64,000 bases of DNA, from the NCBI RefSeq assembly GCF_006345805.1, contig NC_043010.1, forward strand, positions 7,316,001 through 7,380,000, given 5' to 3'. Positions within the stretch are counted from its first letter, which is position 1. Every line of letters begins with the position of its first letter. Below the pieces are notes generated by a model. The model was not told the origin of the DNA, did not search any database, and saw only the letters and a program-made list of their open reading frames with translations. A program made the position numbers and the translations under genes. Below are positions 14,221-28,559 of this stretch, one piece after another. The stretch comes from Octopus sinensis. Lineage: Eukaryota.

Positions 14221-14801
14221 ATGCTTCAACACACGAACTCATATAAAGAATCTTGCAAACCAAATCCAAAAACGAAAGATGTAGGAATTGCTAAACCAAA
14301 GATCAATCAAGCATCAAAGCAATGCAGTTTGAGAGAGTCAAAACTTATACGAATTCAAAAATTTAGTAAATTGGTAGAAAACTAGGAAGATAACCACAGT
14401 TATGGCGATGATGACAATATTAATGATAATGTTAACAATCTTTACGTAATAGTAACAATATTGGCTAAAATTTTAAAATATTTCAACCTATCTGTCATAA
14501 CGAAATGTCTAGTTGTTATAATATGCTTCAAATTCATCATCAGCATATTGTTAATTTAATTAAATTAATTTCCACACCACCCATCCCCCAGTCCAAATTT
14601 GTTAAGATGGAAGAAATCATGAGAAAAATGAAGAAGCCATGTAGATTAGGATTATGTTGATGCACAAAGTAAATAAGATTAGTTTCCTTGAAGGAATAAT
14701 TAATACCATACAGATAACACAACAAATATGGTTCCAGTTAGATTAGTTATCAAAGATTAATAGCAATAATGATGATGATGATAATAATAATAATAATAAT
14801 C

Positions 14802-14842
<41 letters not shown>

Positions 14843-15091
14843 TACAGTAATAATAATAATTACAGTAATAATGATAATAATAGCTTCAAATTTTGGCACA
14901 AGGTCAGCAATAGGTTGTAAGTCAAGTATATTGCCCCCAGTGCTCTGTTGGCCCTTATTTCATTGACCCTGAAAAATGAATGACAAAGCTGACCATGGTA
15001 GAATTTGAACTCAGAATGTGAACAAGAATGAAATGCCAGTAAAGCATTTTTGCCAGCTCACTGCCATAATAATAATAATAATAATAATAAT

Positions 15092-15470
15092 AAAACTGAG
15101 ACCTGCAAAATACTGTGGGATTTCCCAATATAAATAGACCAGGTGCTTGAGAACAGCAAGCTGGACTTAGTGGTTAGTGGACAAGGTGAAACCATATGTG
15201 CTCTATAATTCATGTTGAAGGAAAGCAAGAAAATAGACATATACAATCCTCTTGAATGTGAGGTAGTTTGATTAGGAAAAATGAGAAAAGTGAAGATAGT
15301 CCCATTTATTGTTGGGTCCTTGGGGGTGGGCAGTATCAGAAGGCATGAAGTGGAATATAAAGGAAAGCAGAATAGAAGGCCCCAAACTCTTTGAAACAGC
15401 CGTAGAGCTGTTGGAAAACGTTTGCCTCCTTGACATAGCCAGAATCATCAGGAAAGTATTAGGCAGTAGA
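15092..15470 (+). mobile_element. R4/Dong-type non-LTR retrotransposon, decayed 3' end (restriction-like endonuclease region)
   Basis: Translates in pieces to ETCKILWDFPI*IDQVLENSKLDLVV...KMRKVKIVPFIVGSLG...ELLENVCLLDIARIIRKVLG, matching WDF-x-I-x-TD...N-RPD...V-x-PIVIG-x-LG...ILRKVL of RLE elements. Confidence 0.7.
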
Positions 15471-16095
15471 AAAAACAGATAGCGTGGTACCATAGGCTTT
15501 AGGTAGCAAGCCTGCTACTCATGCAAAACTTCAGAAGTTCCAACACAACTTAAGTTAAAAGGAAAGTTATAATGATGATGATGATGATGATGATGACAAC
15601 AACAACATTAGTAACAGTAATTGTCTCTAACCTAAGTAAAAGCCTGAAGTGGGGGGGAGTAATTAATTATATCCACACAAATACTTTATTTTATCAACCC
15701 TGAAATGATGAAAAGCCAAATTGACCTTTGTGGAATTTGAACCCAGATTGTAAAGAGCCAGAAGACATACCACAAGGCATTTTTGTTTCACATACTAACA
15801 GTTCAACCAATCCACTAAAATAATAAAATATCTCCAACATAAACAAAAGACCTGAAATTTAGGGGTAGGGTTGGTTGCTATTATTAACAACAGTGCTTGA
15901 TGGTTACTTTATTTCTTTGAACTCAGAAGGATAAAAAGCAAAGTTGATCTTGACAAGATTTGAACTCATAAATGTAAAGAACCAAAATACCTACTGCCAA
16001 GTCTTTTTCCTAATATTTCAACAATATTGCCAGTCCACCAGCCTTACTGACACAAGGGTAGAAATTTGTGAGGAGGTGGCTTCTTGATTAAGTTA

Positions 16096-16515
16096 GCATG
16101 GAGTGGCTGTGTGGTAGGTAGCTTGTTTACCAACCACATGGTTCCGGGTTCAGTCCCACTGCGTGGCACCTTGGGCAAGTATCTTCTACTATAGCCTCGG
16201 GCTGACCAAAGCCTTGTGAGTGGATTTGGTAGACGGAAACTGAAAGAAGCCCGTCGTATATATGTATATATATATATATATGCGTGTGTGTGTTTGTGTG
16301 TCTGTGTTTGTCCCCCTAGTATTGCTTGACAACCGATGCTGGTGTGTTTATGTCCCCGTCACTTAGCAGTTTGGCAAAAGAGACCGATAAAATAAGTACT
16401 GGGCTTACAAAAGAATAAGTCCCGGGGTCGATTTGCTCGATTAAAGGCAGTGCTCCAGCATGGCCGCAGTCAAATGACTGAAACAAGTAAAAGAAAAGAA
16501 AAAGAATAAAAAGAA
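16096..16515 (+). mobile_element. SINE family A, near full length
   Basis: gagtggctgtgtggtag...ggttcagtcccactgcgtggcaccttgggcaag...gactgaaacaagtaaaag tail. Confidence 0.9.
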
Positions 16516-16929
16516 TGAATATTAGACTGCTACTTTATATTATCAACCACAATGTGATGTAAGGCAAATTTGACCTCTACAGAATTTGAACTTAGAATGT
16601 GAAATACTGGAAGACATACACATGCCTATTTATCCAATGCTCTAGGGCTTTGTCAATAAATCGCATACTACAAAATAAGTTTAAAACTCGGTGAATATAC
16701 ATTCCTAGAAGGAAGAGTGGTAGGGGACTATTGAACATCAGGGTGCAATATAAAAAAGGGAGTTATTGATGTTGTTATCCACTAGCTTTCCAACTCACAA
16801 AACAGCCTTCTAAGTACCCTTGTTGAGAAGGATAAAAAATATGGTAGCAAATTGATTATATCTATGGCAACAAAATTCTCACAAGAAATTGGTTCAAACT
16901 TTGAACAGCCAAAGTCTGAACCTAAAGCA

Positions 16930-17860
16930 GCAGCAAAAACAAATATATTGATGGCATAGAGTGAGCAACTATAAAGGCATGCCTGCATATGGCCAATATT
17001 TTCATGAACTGGATGCTCCATGTATCAATAAAAAAAAACTATCACAAGCTTGGATATGCAGATCAAGCTTGAATGGGACAGAAAAGGCAACAACATTTAC
17101 AATACAGGAGAAAACCCATCACCACTAGATATATTAAAAGGAATGGTCATTATTTCTTAAAAATACAGATGATAAATGTTACTAGTGTTGGGCATTTCTT
17201 CAGATAATACGCACTTTATCAGGACATCTGGTTCTAGTTCTGACTAAATATAATTGGAGACACAATACCTATTTCTTTATTACCCACAAGGGGCTAAACA
17301 CAGAGAGGATAAACAAAGACAGACAAACGGATTAAGTCGATAATATCGAGCCCAGTGTGTAACTGGTACTTATTTAATCGACCCCGAAAGGATGAAAGGC
17401 AAAGTTGACCTCGGCGGAATTTGAACCCAGAACGTAACGTCAGACGAAATACGGCTACGCATTTCGCCCGGCGTGCTAACGTTTCTGCCAGCTCGCCGCC
17501 TGGAGACACAATACCATGGCAAATCTGCTCAACAAAAACCTAGCCAGAAAATTTCAACTGCTTCAAGAAGAAAAAATTCTCAGGCATTTATATGAACCAC
17601 CCCCTTATCTTAGAAACTAATATACTATGGGACTTTAACATACAGATAAATCATCATGTAACACCAAATATACCAAACATCATTCTTCGTATCCTAAATA
17701 ATGATAGTATATTCATTATCTGCATCGTTATACCAGATGATCATAATGTTGTGTAGAAATGAATGGAAACTACAAGCTATACACCAATTTAGAGTTGAAT
17801 TAAAAACTTTATTGCAGAAGTGATGTGTATCAAACATTTCATTTGAAATTGTTTCAACTG
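16930..17860 (+). mobile_element. R4/Dong-type non-LTR retrotransposon fragment (post-RT, zinc-knuckle remnant, RLE), interrupted by a SINE
   Basis: KGMPAYGQYFHELD...SQAWICRSSL...ATTFTIQE..TTRYIK; YNWRHNTMANLL (joined across the SINE); ILWDFNIQ...IVIPDDHNV. Confidence 0.7.
17270..17500 (-). mobile_element. SINE family B, full length with 15-bp TSD
   Basis: TSD tggagacacaatacc at 17255-17269 and 17501-17515; A-box-like tggcagaaacgtta and B-box-like gggttcaaattcc. Confidence 0.92.
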
Positions 17861-19905
17861 CAGTGGTACACACAATCATTTCTGTAAAGACATAAAAATA
17901 AAATTATCTATAAGTATTGATGCAGGAATGTTCCAGAAACTAGTCATTTGAAAATCAATGAATATTCTTAGGACACTCTCATGCTGCATGTGGTAACACT
18001 GGCTTCTTTTATTTACACCTGAACATTTTCTTTAATCTTCAATGCTTTAGTTGACCTTGAGCAATTTCATTAACTCTTAACATCTTCTTTAAACTTGGAT
18101 ACATCTATGTGTATTCTTCAAGAAATACATGTTTCTTGTTGTTCTGATATATTTTCAAATCATGAAAATAATAAAAGATATTTCTAATTTAGGTACAAGC
18201 TAAGCAATTTTTGAAGGGAAGGTTTAATGGAAACCATCTAGCCCAGTATGTGACTGGTACTTGCTTTCCTTGATCAGCAGAGAGGTGAGAGGCAAAGTTA
18301 GCCCTGGTAGAATTTGAACTCTGAAATCAAAGAACCAGAACAAATGTCACAAGTCATTTTGTCTGATGTGCTGCTAACCCACCTACACAATAATGATAAA
18401 AGCAAAAAAAAACTGATAAAAAATTGACCCCACTATCTGAGTGATATTGTATTTTATCAACCCCCAAAAAGATGAAAGATAAATGTCTTTGTCTGGATTT
18501 GAACTCACAATATAAAGAGCTAGAAGAAACACTGCAAGGTAGTGATTCATTGCTCGAAAATTTCTGTGCAATATATAAACAGGAGCAATAGCTATCATGA
18601 TGTAGATACTAACCATAATGCAAAAACCATACAAGGGCTGATAACATCACAGCGTCCAAAAATTTATTGTGATAGCCACAACCCACTTCCTTATCAAGAC
18701 ACTTTCATTTCAATACCATAATTCACACAGTATACACTTTGCACGACTCATATATGTAATCTGTATAATCCTCACCCAATAAAACAACAAAGCTACTTAT
18801 GTAATATGCGCTACTCAATCTAGAGTTCTTGATATATATATGTATGTATGTATTTATGTATGTATATATGTATGTATATGCACCCACACACACAGACATC
18901 CATATACATACATAAAAATGCATACATACGAAACAAACTATAAATGACCAAACATTAAACGTAGTTCGAGATGAATTGACAATGATATTAACACAGAAAG
19001 AAAACATCATTAAAACAATATTATAAAGTTAACAATGTCCAATTATAGAGTGATATTAAACAGTATTACAAAGTAGTCAAATAATATGGAACAGAGAAAA
19101 TAGTTAGCAATATTAGAAGGTGGTTGAATACTATCCAACAGTATTAAGAAGAAGCTGAAAAGCAAGCATAAAGGTTTTATTCTCTATTCCCAATTGAGAA
19201 AACGAGAAAACATCTGCATTAATGATAGTAATAAAACTATACAACAGCAGAGACAACAATGATAATGATAGAATAATTGGTGCATATCTTTCTGCCGATA
19301 TCAAGAATTTAGCTTCAATATTGCCAGCTTGAGGTAAGATTAGAGAATTAAATTACTTTTTATTGACTATTATTGACTGTAAAGATTAGACTAAATGGTC
19401 GGTGTTGTAGGTAAAGTGCTTGCCGGCTTGCTACAGGAAGCTGTGTGTTCTACGGGAGGAGTGTTACTGTACAATCCCTAAGGACCTCTTTATGTGTGAC
19501 TGCACTACATTTCCAATAGAAATAATTGGCACCATTAAGAAAATCCTGCTTATGAAGAAGAAAAAGACTAACTTTATTTCTCAAGAGCCTGGGGAGATAG
19601 ATATATATAGATAAGAACATACAGAGACACAGACATACCACACACAGAAAGACACATATATATATATATGTGATAGAAAGAGAGAGAGAGAGAGAGAGAA
19701 CAGTGAAAGAAAGTAAGCTATAGATCACTAAATAGATGTATAGCGTGATAGAGAGACAGATAGATTGTCATTTTCGCTGATAAATAAAGAACCAAAGAAT
19801 GTTAGCTATTGTACAATTATATAATTATGTATACAAAGAGAAAACGTCGAGGATAGATAAAATTATATACATACATATATACATACACACATACATATAC
19901 AGATA

Positions 19906-19938
<33 letters not shown>

Positions 19939-21087
19939 ATATATATAGACACACATATGTATATTGGTATGTATGTAATGGAGTAGAAGAAATTATCAGA
20001 AAAAGTAGGTGAGGGAAAAAGATGTATGTATATATTCAAGAGAATAGCAAATTGTTTGAGACTAAGAATGAAAAACTAGAAAGCATTGAATGAAAGAAAA
20101 AGAGAGTTAAAGGGGAGAAAAAGATAGATATATGGATAGATATAGTGACAGACAGAGAGATAAAGAGAGAGAGAGTAGGAAAGACTATGAGAAATTTATG
20201 GTTGAAAGCAAAAGTGTGAAATGGAGACAGAGAATGAGGGACAAAATGAAATTTACTAAGAGAATAAAAATAAGAAAGACACATGGTAAACGAAAAGAGA
20301 GAGAAAAATTTGTAGGGATGGATAGATATATAGATACATAGATATACAGTCAGATACACTGAAGTAGTGTAAATATATAAGAAAGAAGAGGATAAGCATA
20401 ACAGTAGAGAAGTGCAGAACAGAAAACAAGAACCATGAATATACATATAGAAAGTAATGGTTATTGCCATCTAATAGAGTGAACGAACTGCAACCATTAT
20501 CATATATTATCCTACAATAGTCATGAAACTAAATGTATTAAATAATGTTGCATATTAAAAAGATATGACACAGCAGCATAACACACAATAAATTTGTAAA
20601 GGTTGAATTCACTTTAAATAGACAGTTTATGCCAAGACTTCTATAACGGCTGAAGTTCAGACTATTAATGCAACAGAATAAAAGCAAGGACTATATTGCA
20701 GCATTCAGTGTCTTAGTTATAACCTAAACACAGATGAATCAGTCAACAATACTGGCTATTATTAAATGTCATCATTACTTCCTTGTCCATTAAGTAAAGT
20801 CTGATAGAACTAAAGATTTAAAGAAACGGTAAGAGCTAAGAAGTGAATGAAATATTATTGCCTCCACAACAAGTCAGACATCTAAAAGAGCAAAACTAAC
20901 GTGCTTAGCTGCAATGATGATACAGAAAAATCTAAATTGAATATAATATCAGTGGGTAGTTGCAACTTAATTGCCTAGTATTCTTCATTATAAAAAAAAA
21001 GCCCCAAACTTCTGAAAAATTTTAGGAATCTTTAAAAAAATCTAAAAGTACACGTAGGCATTTTTCTTTTAACTTTTTTTTTTTTAG

Positions 21088-21139
21088 TCTACTGATAGAA
21101 ATCATATTCATGGATTCTGTAAGGTCTCCTCCAGGGCAG
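21088..21139 (+). CDS. Candidate internal exon (LLIEIIFMDSVRSPPGQ or STDRNHIHGFCKVSSRA), product unknown
   Basis: Long T-tract with ttttag| acceptor and CAG|GTGAGA donor; two frames open. No homology recognised. Confidence 0.25.
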
Positions 21140-21413
21140 GTGAGATTATTACAGTTAAAGCTCCTCTTAAACACCTGCAGTCAACAGTCAACAGCTGTAG
21201 AGAGAAAAAAATCCCAATGGTTAACTTTCTGGGGAAGAAAGGCTGAATTACTGCAAAGTGTAGGTCTTGAGAAGGGTCAGAACTACAACACAGTAATGAG
21301 AGGTGAAAAGAAGAGTGTAGGCCTTAGTAGAGGTGGCATGAGCCCAACTATCTCTGAGAAGCAGTTGCCTCAGTACAGGAGGTGGTAGTGGTGGTGGCAG
21401 TGGTGGTCTTGGC

Positions 21414-21460
<47 letters not shown>

Positions 21461-23419
21461 CAGCAGCAGCAGCAGCAGCAGTAGCAGCAGCAGCAATGAA
21501 CCACAGTCTGGTGTGTATTTTCATTCATGCCTAAGTCAAGGTCGTATCTTTCAATTTATCATAAAGTTTGTTTGGTAAATCGCATAAATTTAAATTGTAA
21601 AACAGATGGCAAACTGGCTTAGTTGCTAGAGTCTGGAACAAAATGTTTTGAAGTATTTGTCCCAATTCTCTGCACTCTGAGTTCAAATACCAGCATGGTA
21701 AACTTTGTCTTTCATTCTTTTGAAGTACATAATATAAAGTGAAGAATTCTCAAGTGAGGAATTAATAGAATTGCTTGTGTATCAGAAGTGCCAACATGCA
21801 ATATTTCTTCTAGCTTCTCACATTCTGAATTCTTGGGTGGTAGACCATAATTTATCACCTGGCTTAATATCACCATCTAGGTTTCAGGTAATTCTATTAG
21901 AGTTCACTGTGCTGCAAGCATTTGGGCCATAATCTTACACCTTTTACTTGTTTCACTCATTGAACTAAGACCATGCTGGAGTACCACCTCAAAGGGCTTT
22001 AGTTGAATAAATCTGTTCCAGTACCTGCTTTTTCTTTTTCTAGTCTCATATTTATCCTATTGGTCTGCTTTACCAAACTACTAAGTTATGGGGATATAAA
22101 CAAACCAACACCTGTTGTCCAGTGGTGATGGTGGTGGTGGTGGTGGTAGTGATGATTGTGTAACAAGCACAAGTATAAATTCACATGTAGACACACATGT
22201 ATACATCTTTTTGTTCAAAATAGAGATGAACATCATTCCTCCATGTGACTGACTTGAAAAATTGTTAAGATATTAAGACATTCTTCTTAACATGAAACCA
22301 ATGGTAGCCTTAATACACAAATAAATTTTATCCACAAATGTGCTGTTGAGCACTCATTCTCATTGTTTGACATTTATGTATATATGTATATGCTGGGCTT
22401 CAACATAATTTTCATCTACCAAATTCACTCACAAGACATTGGTTGGTCTAGTACTTTGCCCAAGACACTTGTCCAAGATGCTGTTCAGTGGGACTGAAAC
22501 GAAAACTCTGTGGCTGCAATGTGAGCCTCTTAACCACACAGCCATAGCTGCACCATGCTTCTGGTTTGAGGATAACTTCTTCCTTTCCTTCTACCAGTTT
22601 TAATATCCCTGGAAACAAGGTCACAGGGGTTGCCTTTCCCTCTCTGACTTTGAAGTGAAAAAAGAATAAGTTGAATAACTCATCTTTCAAAATGATAAAA
22701 CAGGTGCACATAATCACAAAATGTTATTCCTAGACAAAGAAGAATAGACAAATTATTAAAAAGAATAGATTATGGTCCAAGTATTCTAACTTATTCATAA
22801 GAAAAATAAACTCAAGTTGAATTCATTAATTCAATATCCCTTTAACCACAAGTGAATTCTTTAACAATGAAAATTACTGAAGAAATGTTTGAAATAAATT
22901 CCTGCTACCAACAACTTTGGAAAATGTAATTCATAAAACCATGTGCTTATTGCACTTGGTAACTTCTCTGATTCCCATCTCTTGACTAAAGTAAATATAA
23001 TTTGAAATTAAAAAACATGTAATACTTCTTGAAAAAAAAAAATAAGTAGTTCTTTCTTTGCCATCTTAGGATTCTTTTTCGGAATTAAAATTGGCAACTT
23101 TTGTTTTGCCTGCAAAAGAAGAGCTCATGAGATTTTTCTTGAATGCCAATATCTAAAAACAAATATTCCTTGGGTAATGCAGAGAGAAGGTTTAATGAAT
23201 TAAGTTATTGTCATAAGTTGGATGAGGAATTAATGAGAACTGCAACGAGACGAAGAAGAACAATTTGTCAAATACTTTAATTCAAAATGACAACATTTTA
23301 GAAATGTCTAATAAAAAATTATTTGTATCAACTTTTTAGGCAAATTTATGATTGAGATGTGTATTTCTGTATTTGTATATATGTATTCATACAAGCATAT
23401 ATAAATACTTACATATATA

Positions 23420-23837
23420 GGCGCAGGAGTGGCTGTGTGGTAAGTAGCTTGCTAACCAACCACATGGTTCCGGGTTCAGACCCACTGCGTGGCACCTTGG
23501 GCAAGTGTCTTCTACTATAACCTCATGCCAACCAAAGCCTTGTGAGTGGATTTGTTAGGCGGAAACTGAAAGAAGCCCATCGTATATATGTATATATATA
23601 TAAGTGTGTGTGTATATGTTTGTGTGTCTGTGTTTGTCCCCCTAGCATTGCTTGACAACTGATGTTGGTGTGTTTACGTCCCCGTCACTTAGCGGTTCGG
23701 CAAAAGAGACCGATAGAATAAGTACTGGGCTTACAAAGAGTAAGTCCCGGGGTCAATTTGCTCGACTAAAGGCGGTGCTCCAGCATGGCCGCGGTCAAAT
23801 GACTGAAACAAGTAAAAGCATAAAAGCGTAAAAGCGT
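23420..23837 (+). mobile_element. SINE family A, full length
   Basis: ggcgcaggagtggctgtgtggtaag head through the gactgaaacaagtaaaag tail. Confidence 0.92.
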
Positions 23838-25042
23838 ATATATAGACTAGAATTTGTTGTATTAGAACCAGCTCTCCAACATTCAAAATTACAAGTGGCT
23901 CTAAGTATATCAGTAGAAATTTCAGATATTTCATGAGAATGATTTTGCTGCTTTTGATTTTCAGTATTAAATTTTGGAGTAGTTCTAGTAAAAATCTCTG
24001 ATATGCATGAAGCAAGCATGATATAAAAAGAACATATTGCCTCATTTCTCATAAACCAGCAAGTTCTAACTGAGAATATCAATGGTATTTAATAGAACTG
24101 ATCTGATGAAGTTCAAAAGGCTATTTCTTCAATTATATCTGCTAGTTGATTAGTTTCTCTATACTATACACAACTGTAAATCCTAATATAAAGGAAAGAA
24201 ATATGAGAATATGAAGCCTTACAGCTGTTGATTGGAAGCTGAAACTCTTAAACTATAATCAATTTAAAACAAATGTTTATTAATCGCGAAAAGCTTAAAC
24301 TAAAATAAGCCCATAAGGAAAATAATCACTCTTGATTTATACAGCAGATATTTGTGTCTAATTGCAGCAACATACTATTATAAGATAAAAAAAAAATACA
24401 GAATCATAGCCTGTGTTGGCTAAAATATGACAAAAATGCTGTGGTTACAAAGAAAACAAATATGAATGACAACTTGCAGAGCAAAAGATTAGCTCTTCAG
24501 CAAAGGCAAGGGAAATGAAGGAGACAATGCAATCAGGAAAAAGGAGAATCAATATTGGATTCTGGTTTCTCAGAGCTATGGAGACTTTTCTTAGATAAAA
24601 TTCACAGAAAAAATACAATAGCTAAGTTATAAATATTGCCATATTTTTCATGAAAATAAGGACAGTTCAATGATGCTAATGCTGTTGATAATGAAAATGG
24701 TATTGAAAATCTTTAAGATGAGTCTATATCCAATTTATTATTAGCCAAAAATTAATAGATGTTTATCTTCTTTATCTAATCTATCATCCATTCATATTCT
24801 TTTAAAAATCTTTAATTCTAGAAACAGAATAAATGAATAAGGCTATAATTAGAGCTCTGGTTTGGCTTATCTTTTCATTGATATATATTTAGAACTTCTA
24901 GATATGACATTTCTTTTTTCAGTTTAGAAATGTTTTAGATGTATTTTTTTAATGAGGAATGCATAAGAACCGGTGCCAGACTTAAGCATAAGGTAAGCAG
25001 GCTACCTCTTAAAACCTCACAATTTGTTAGAGACTTAAAATA

Positions 25043-25449
25043 GGCGCAAGAGTGACTGTGTGGTAAGTAGCTTGCTAACCAACCACATGGTTCCGGGTTC
25101 AGTCCCACTGCGTGGCATCTTGGGCAAGTGTCTTCTGCTATAGCCCCGGGCCGACCAATGCCTTGTGAGTGGATTTGGTAGACGGAAACTGAAAGAAGCC
25201 TGTCGTATATATGTATATATATATAAGTGTGTGTGTGTGTTTGTGCATCTGTGTTTGTCCCTCTAGCATTGCTTGACAACCAATGCTGGTGTGCTTACGT
25301 TCCCGTCACTTAGCCGTTCGGCAAAAGAGACCAACAAAATAAGTATTGGGCTTACAAAGAATAAGTCCCGGGGTTGAGTTGCTCGACTAAAGGCGGTGCT
25401 CCACCATGGCCACAGTCAAATGACTGAAACAAGTAAAAGAGTAAAAGAG
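25043..25449 (+). mobile_element. SINE family A, full length
   Basis: Colinear with 23420-23837. Confidence 0.92.
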
Positions 25450-27429
25450 CAAATACCCACTCACAAGATAGTGGCCAACCCAACACTACAGAAGAAGACA
25501 GTTATCCGAAGGTATCATAAAGTAGAATTGAACCTGAAATCAAGCAGTTGAAAAGCCCACATCTTTTCCATAGAGTTAGTTATATATGCATCTCTATAGA
25601 TAGCTTCATTTTAGCTTATTGAAGGCCAAAGTTTAGATGCTGAGTTCACAATCCACTTTTCCCAAACTGGCAAACTGAATAACAGTTATGAGTTTCAAGT
25701 TTATTGCTTCATTTGAATAAGCATTCATTCTCACGTCAGCCATAAATTACCCTAATTTGATGTTTCCTGGATGTCAAGAGTCTCTCGACTTTCTAACATG
25801 GTTATCAATCAACCACTTCTTCATTGCTACTTATATATGCATTTTTCCCTTCAATAAGTCATATTTACTTCTTTAAACTGGTTCCTCATTCAATTACTCT
25901 TATTTCTCACTGAATACAAACTAGCTTCTCTCATTATAGCCATGAACAATGATAATCTTTTATTAATAATATTTCTATAATATTAATGACTTCGTCTTGA
26001 GACTGTCTTTTTTTGCACACAGCACAATAGTTCTTTGGCAAATAAGTCCCATGTGATCTGGGCTTGTAATTATTTCCCTATATCTAACACTTATGTAGCC
26101 TTAAAAAATATTACATTTCTTTTTTGTAAAATACTAATTCGAATTTCATGGAAAAATCATTTCAGTGATGTACAGTACAAGGAACTTAGCAACTGATAGA
26201 CATCTAGTAACAGCTTCTCTATATTTTTTCATAAGCATTTCATATTTTGTAAACTGTTTGTGCCTGTCAAATTCTTAGATGTAAATTCTCATATTTCAAC
26301 TTACATTGTGTTTATTTTATGCATTTTGAATGAGATTCTGCAATAAACTTAATTTCTAAACAGTATCGAATTAAAATCTTACAATTCTGCTTAAGTCATT
26401 TTTAAAAATTTACAACAAAAATTCCGAGTAAACTGTTTTATTTTCAAACAAAGAAAGAACATAAAACCTTGACTACATATTAAGGTCTTGTTTTACTGAT
26501 TAACTCAGTGCTTCATAGTGAAATATTTAATAAAAGTAAAATATTAAGCCAAATAAACAAAACAAATATTTTGATTTTAAGCTTATTAAGTCAGAGGAAC
26601 CTGTGCAATCTTAACTTATTAATTCTTTATAATTAATAGGATTTATGAATTTATGAAAGAAATAAGCATTCTAATTCAGCAACATTGTGCAAGAGAAAAA
26701 TTTTAAATTCTTTGCTTTAGAAAATTATACTAGAAGAAAAATATGAAATATCACCCATTCCACATTGTAAGCAAGCATAAATACGCACACAAAAACAACA
26801 ATATTTTATCTCAATATATAGATATCTATATTTGTTTGAAATGTTAAATTCTTTTTTACACGCTTTTGGTCATTTCTTCAGCTTCCTATTTTCAAGATTA
26901 GGATAGAGTATTCCAAACTAGAACTTTCCTCTGTCAAACTTATCATAAATTGTTATCACATCTGTATTGTATCTACCTTCACTCGATGCCTTAATTTCCA
27001 TCTGCTTTCTTAACTTGTCTGAATATAAATGTTCTTGAGTAAGATAAACACAATCTTTTGATGTTAAATCTATTGTCTACTATACCAGTGCCTGCAGACA
27101 TCTCTTTACTGACATTTGTTGTATCAGATTTACTCTGTACATTATCTTTTATCTTTTATCTTTTACTTGTTTCAGTCATTAGACTGTGGCCATGCTGGGG
27201 CACTACCTTGAATTTTTAGTCAAATGAATCGATCCCAGGACTTATATTTTTATAAAGCCTGGTACTTATTCCATTAATCTCTTTTGCCAGACTGTTAAGT
27301 TACAGGAAGGTAAACACACCAACACCATTTGTCAAGTGGTGGGAGAGGGGTTCAAACACAGACACTCACACACAGATATATCTATATACATAGACATACA
27401 TATATAGATATAGATATAGATATAGATAT

Positions 27430-27647
27430 GTTTCTTTATTACCCACAAGGATTTAAACATAGAGGAGACAAACAAGGACAGACAAACGGATTAAGTCGAT
27501 TACATCCACCCCAGTGCATAACTGGTACTTAATTTATCAACCCCGAAAGGATGAAAGGTAAAGTCGACCTTGGCAGAATTTGAACTCAGAACGAAATACC
27601 GCAAAGCACTTTGCCCAGCGTGCTAACGTCTCTGCCAGCTCGCCGCC
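27430..27647 (-). mobile_element. SINE family B
   Basis: Near-identical to 17270-17500. Confidence 0.9.
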
Positions 27648-27719
27648 TTTAGATATTGATATATAGATATATATATGTGTGTGTGTATATATATATATGT
27701 GTGTGTGTGTATATATATA

Positions 27720-28195
27720 TATAGGAAAAAACAAGTCAAAATAGAAAATGCTAAAATAATTTTATAGTGAACATTTCAGTACCGGTTTCGGTCATTTTGA
27801 GACCTTTTCAACTGTAACGATTAAATAATTAAATTTAGAAAAATTAGAAGAAAAGTTTTTTTAAAGGAATATTTCTATAGTAGTGTTCAGATATAAGTGG
27901 CATTCTGCCTTTCTCTGACTCCCTTGTTTGCACTTGTGTGTTCGAGGTCATTGTGAGTTCTTGGTAGGGTGGAAGAAGAAGAAGGCTGATGAGGAGAGGG
28001 GATGGGAAAATCTGGGAGTGCCCTGATGGTCGTATTTTGAATGGTCAGTGGCGGCTAGCAGTTGCAGTTCAATTCAGGAGAATATTTCTATTGAAAGGCT
28101 TGTTTATGGAATTTGCGTAGGTGTTATACTAAAAAGCATTAGTGACAAAGTTAAGAGGTAGAAGGTGGAGAAGTAGAAGAAGAAGTTTTCTTAAT
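27720..28195 (-). mobile_element. Penelope-like fragment ending in a minimal hammerhead-like motif
   Basis: Minus strand ends ...cagTTGAAAAggtc-tcaaaat-gaccGAAACCGGTActg; the remainder is unique-looking, GC-richer sequence. Assignment is by motif only. Confidence 0.4.
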
Positions 28196-28559
28196 CAACT
28201 ATATATATATATATATCCACTAGGCTTCTTTGTTTCCATCTACCAAATCCACCCACAAGGCTTTGGTCAGTCTGAGGTTATAATAGAAGACACTTGCCCA
28301 AGGTGACACACAGTGAGACAGAACTTGGAACCATGTGGTTGGGAAGCAAGCTTCTTACTGCACACCTAAGCTTGTACCTATGTTAACTTCATTTAATTTC
28401 TCTTTTGCCTTTGTTTTGCTACTGCTTATGATTCACTCATATTTCAAATTTCTCATATGCCCATCATGATATTTGTTTGAAGCAAAAGTCATAGATATAT
28501 GTTATAACAGTAACCTATTACAGACCCTTAATACTGAGTTATCCCTGATTCTGCAGCTA

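Larger units (their letters stand above)
27145..28380 (-). mobile_element. SINE family A copy probably split by nested insertions (tail 27145-27400, head about 28218-28380)
   Basis: Tail and head halves are in the same orientation and separated by a family B SINE and a Penelope-like segment embedded in microsatellite. Confidence 0.55.

Noticed and set aside
22555-22655. Minus-strand VREGKATPVTLFPGILKLVEGKEEVILKPEAW
   Set aside because: Acceptor present but no credible donor; an equally good acceptor exists on the opposite strand.
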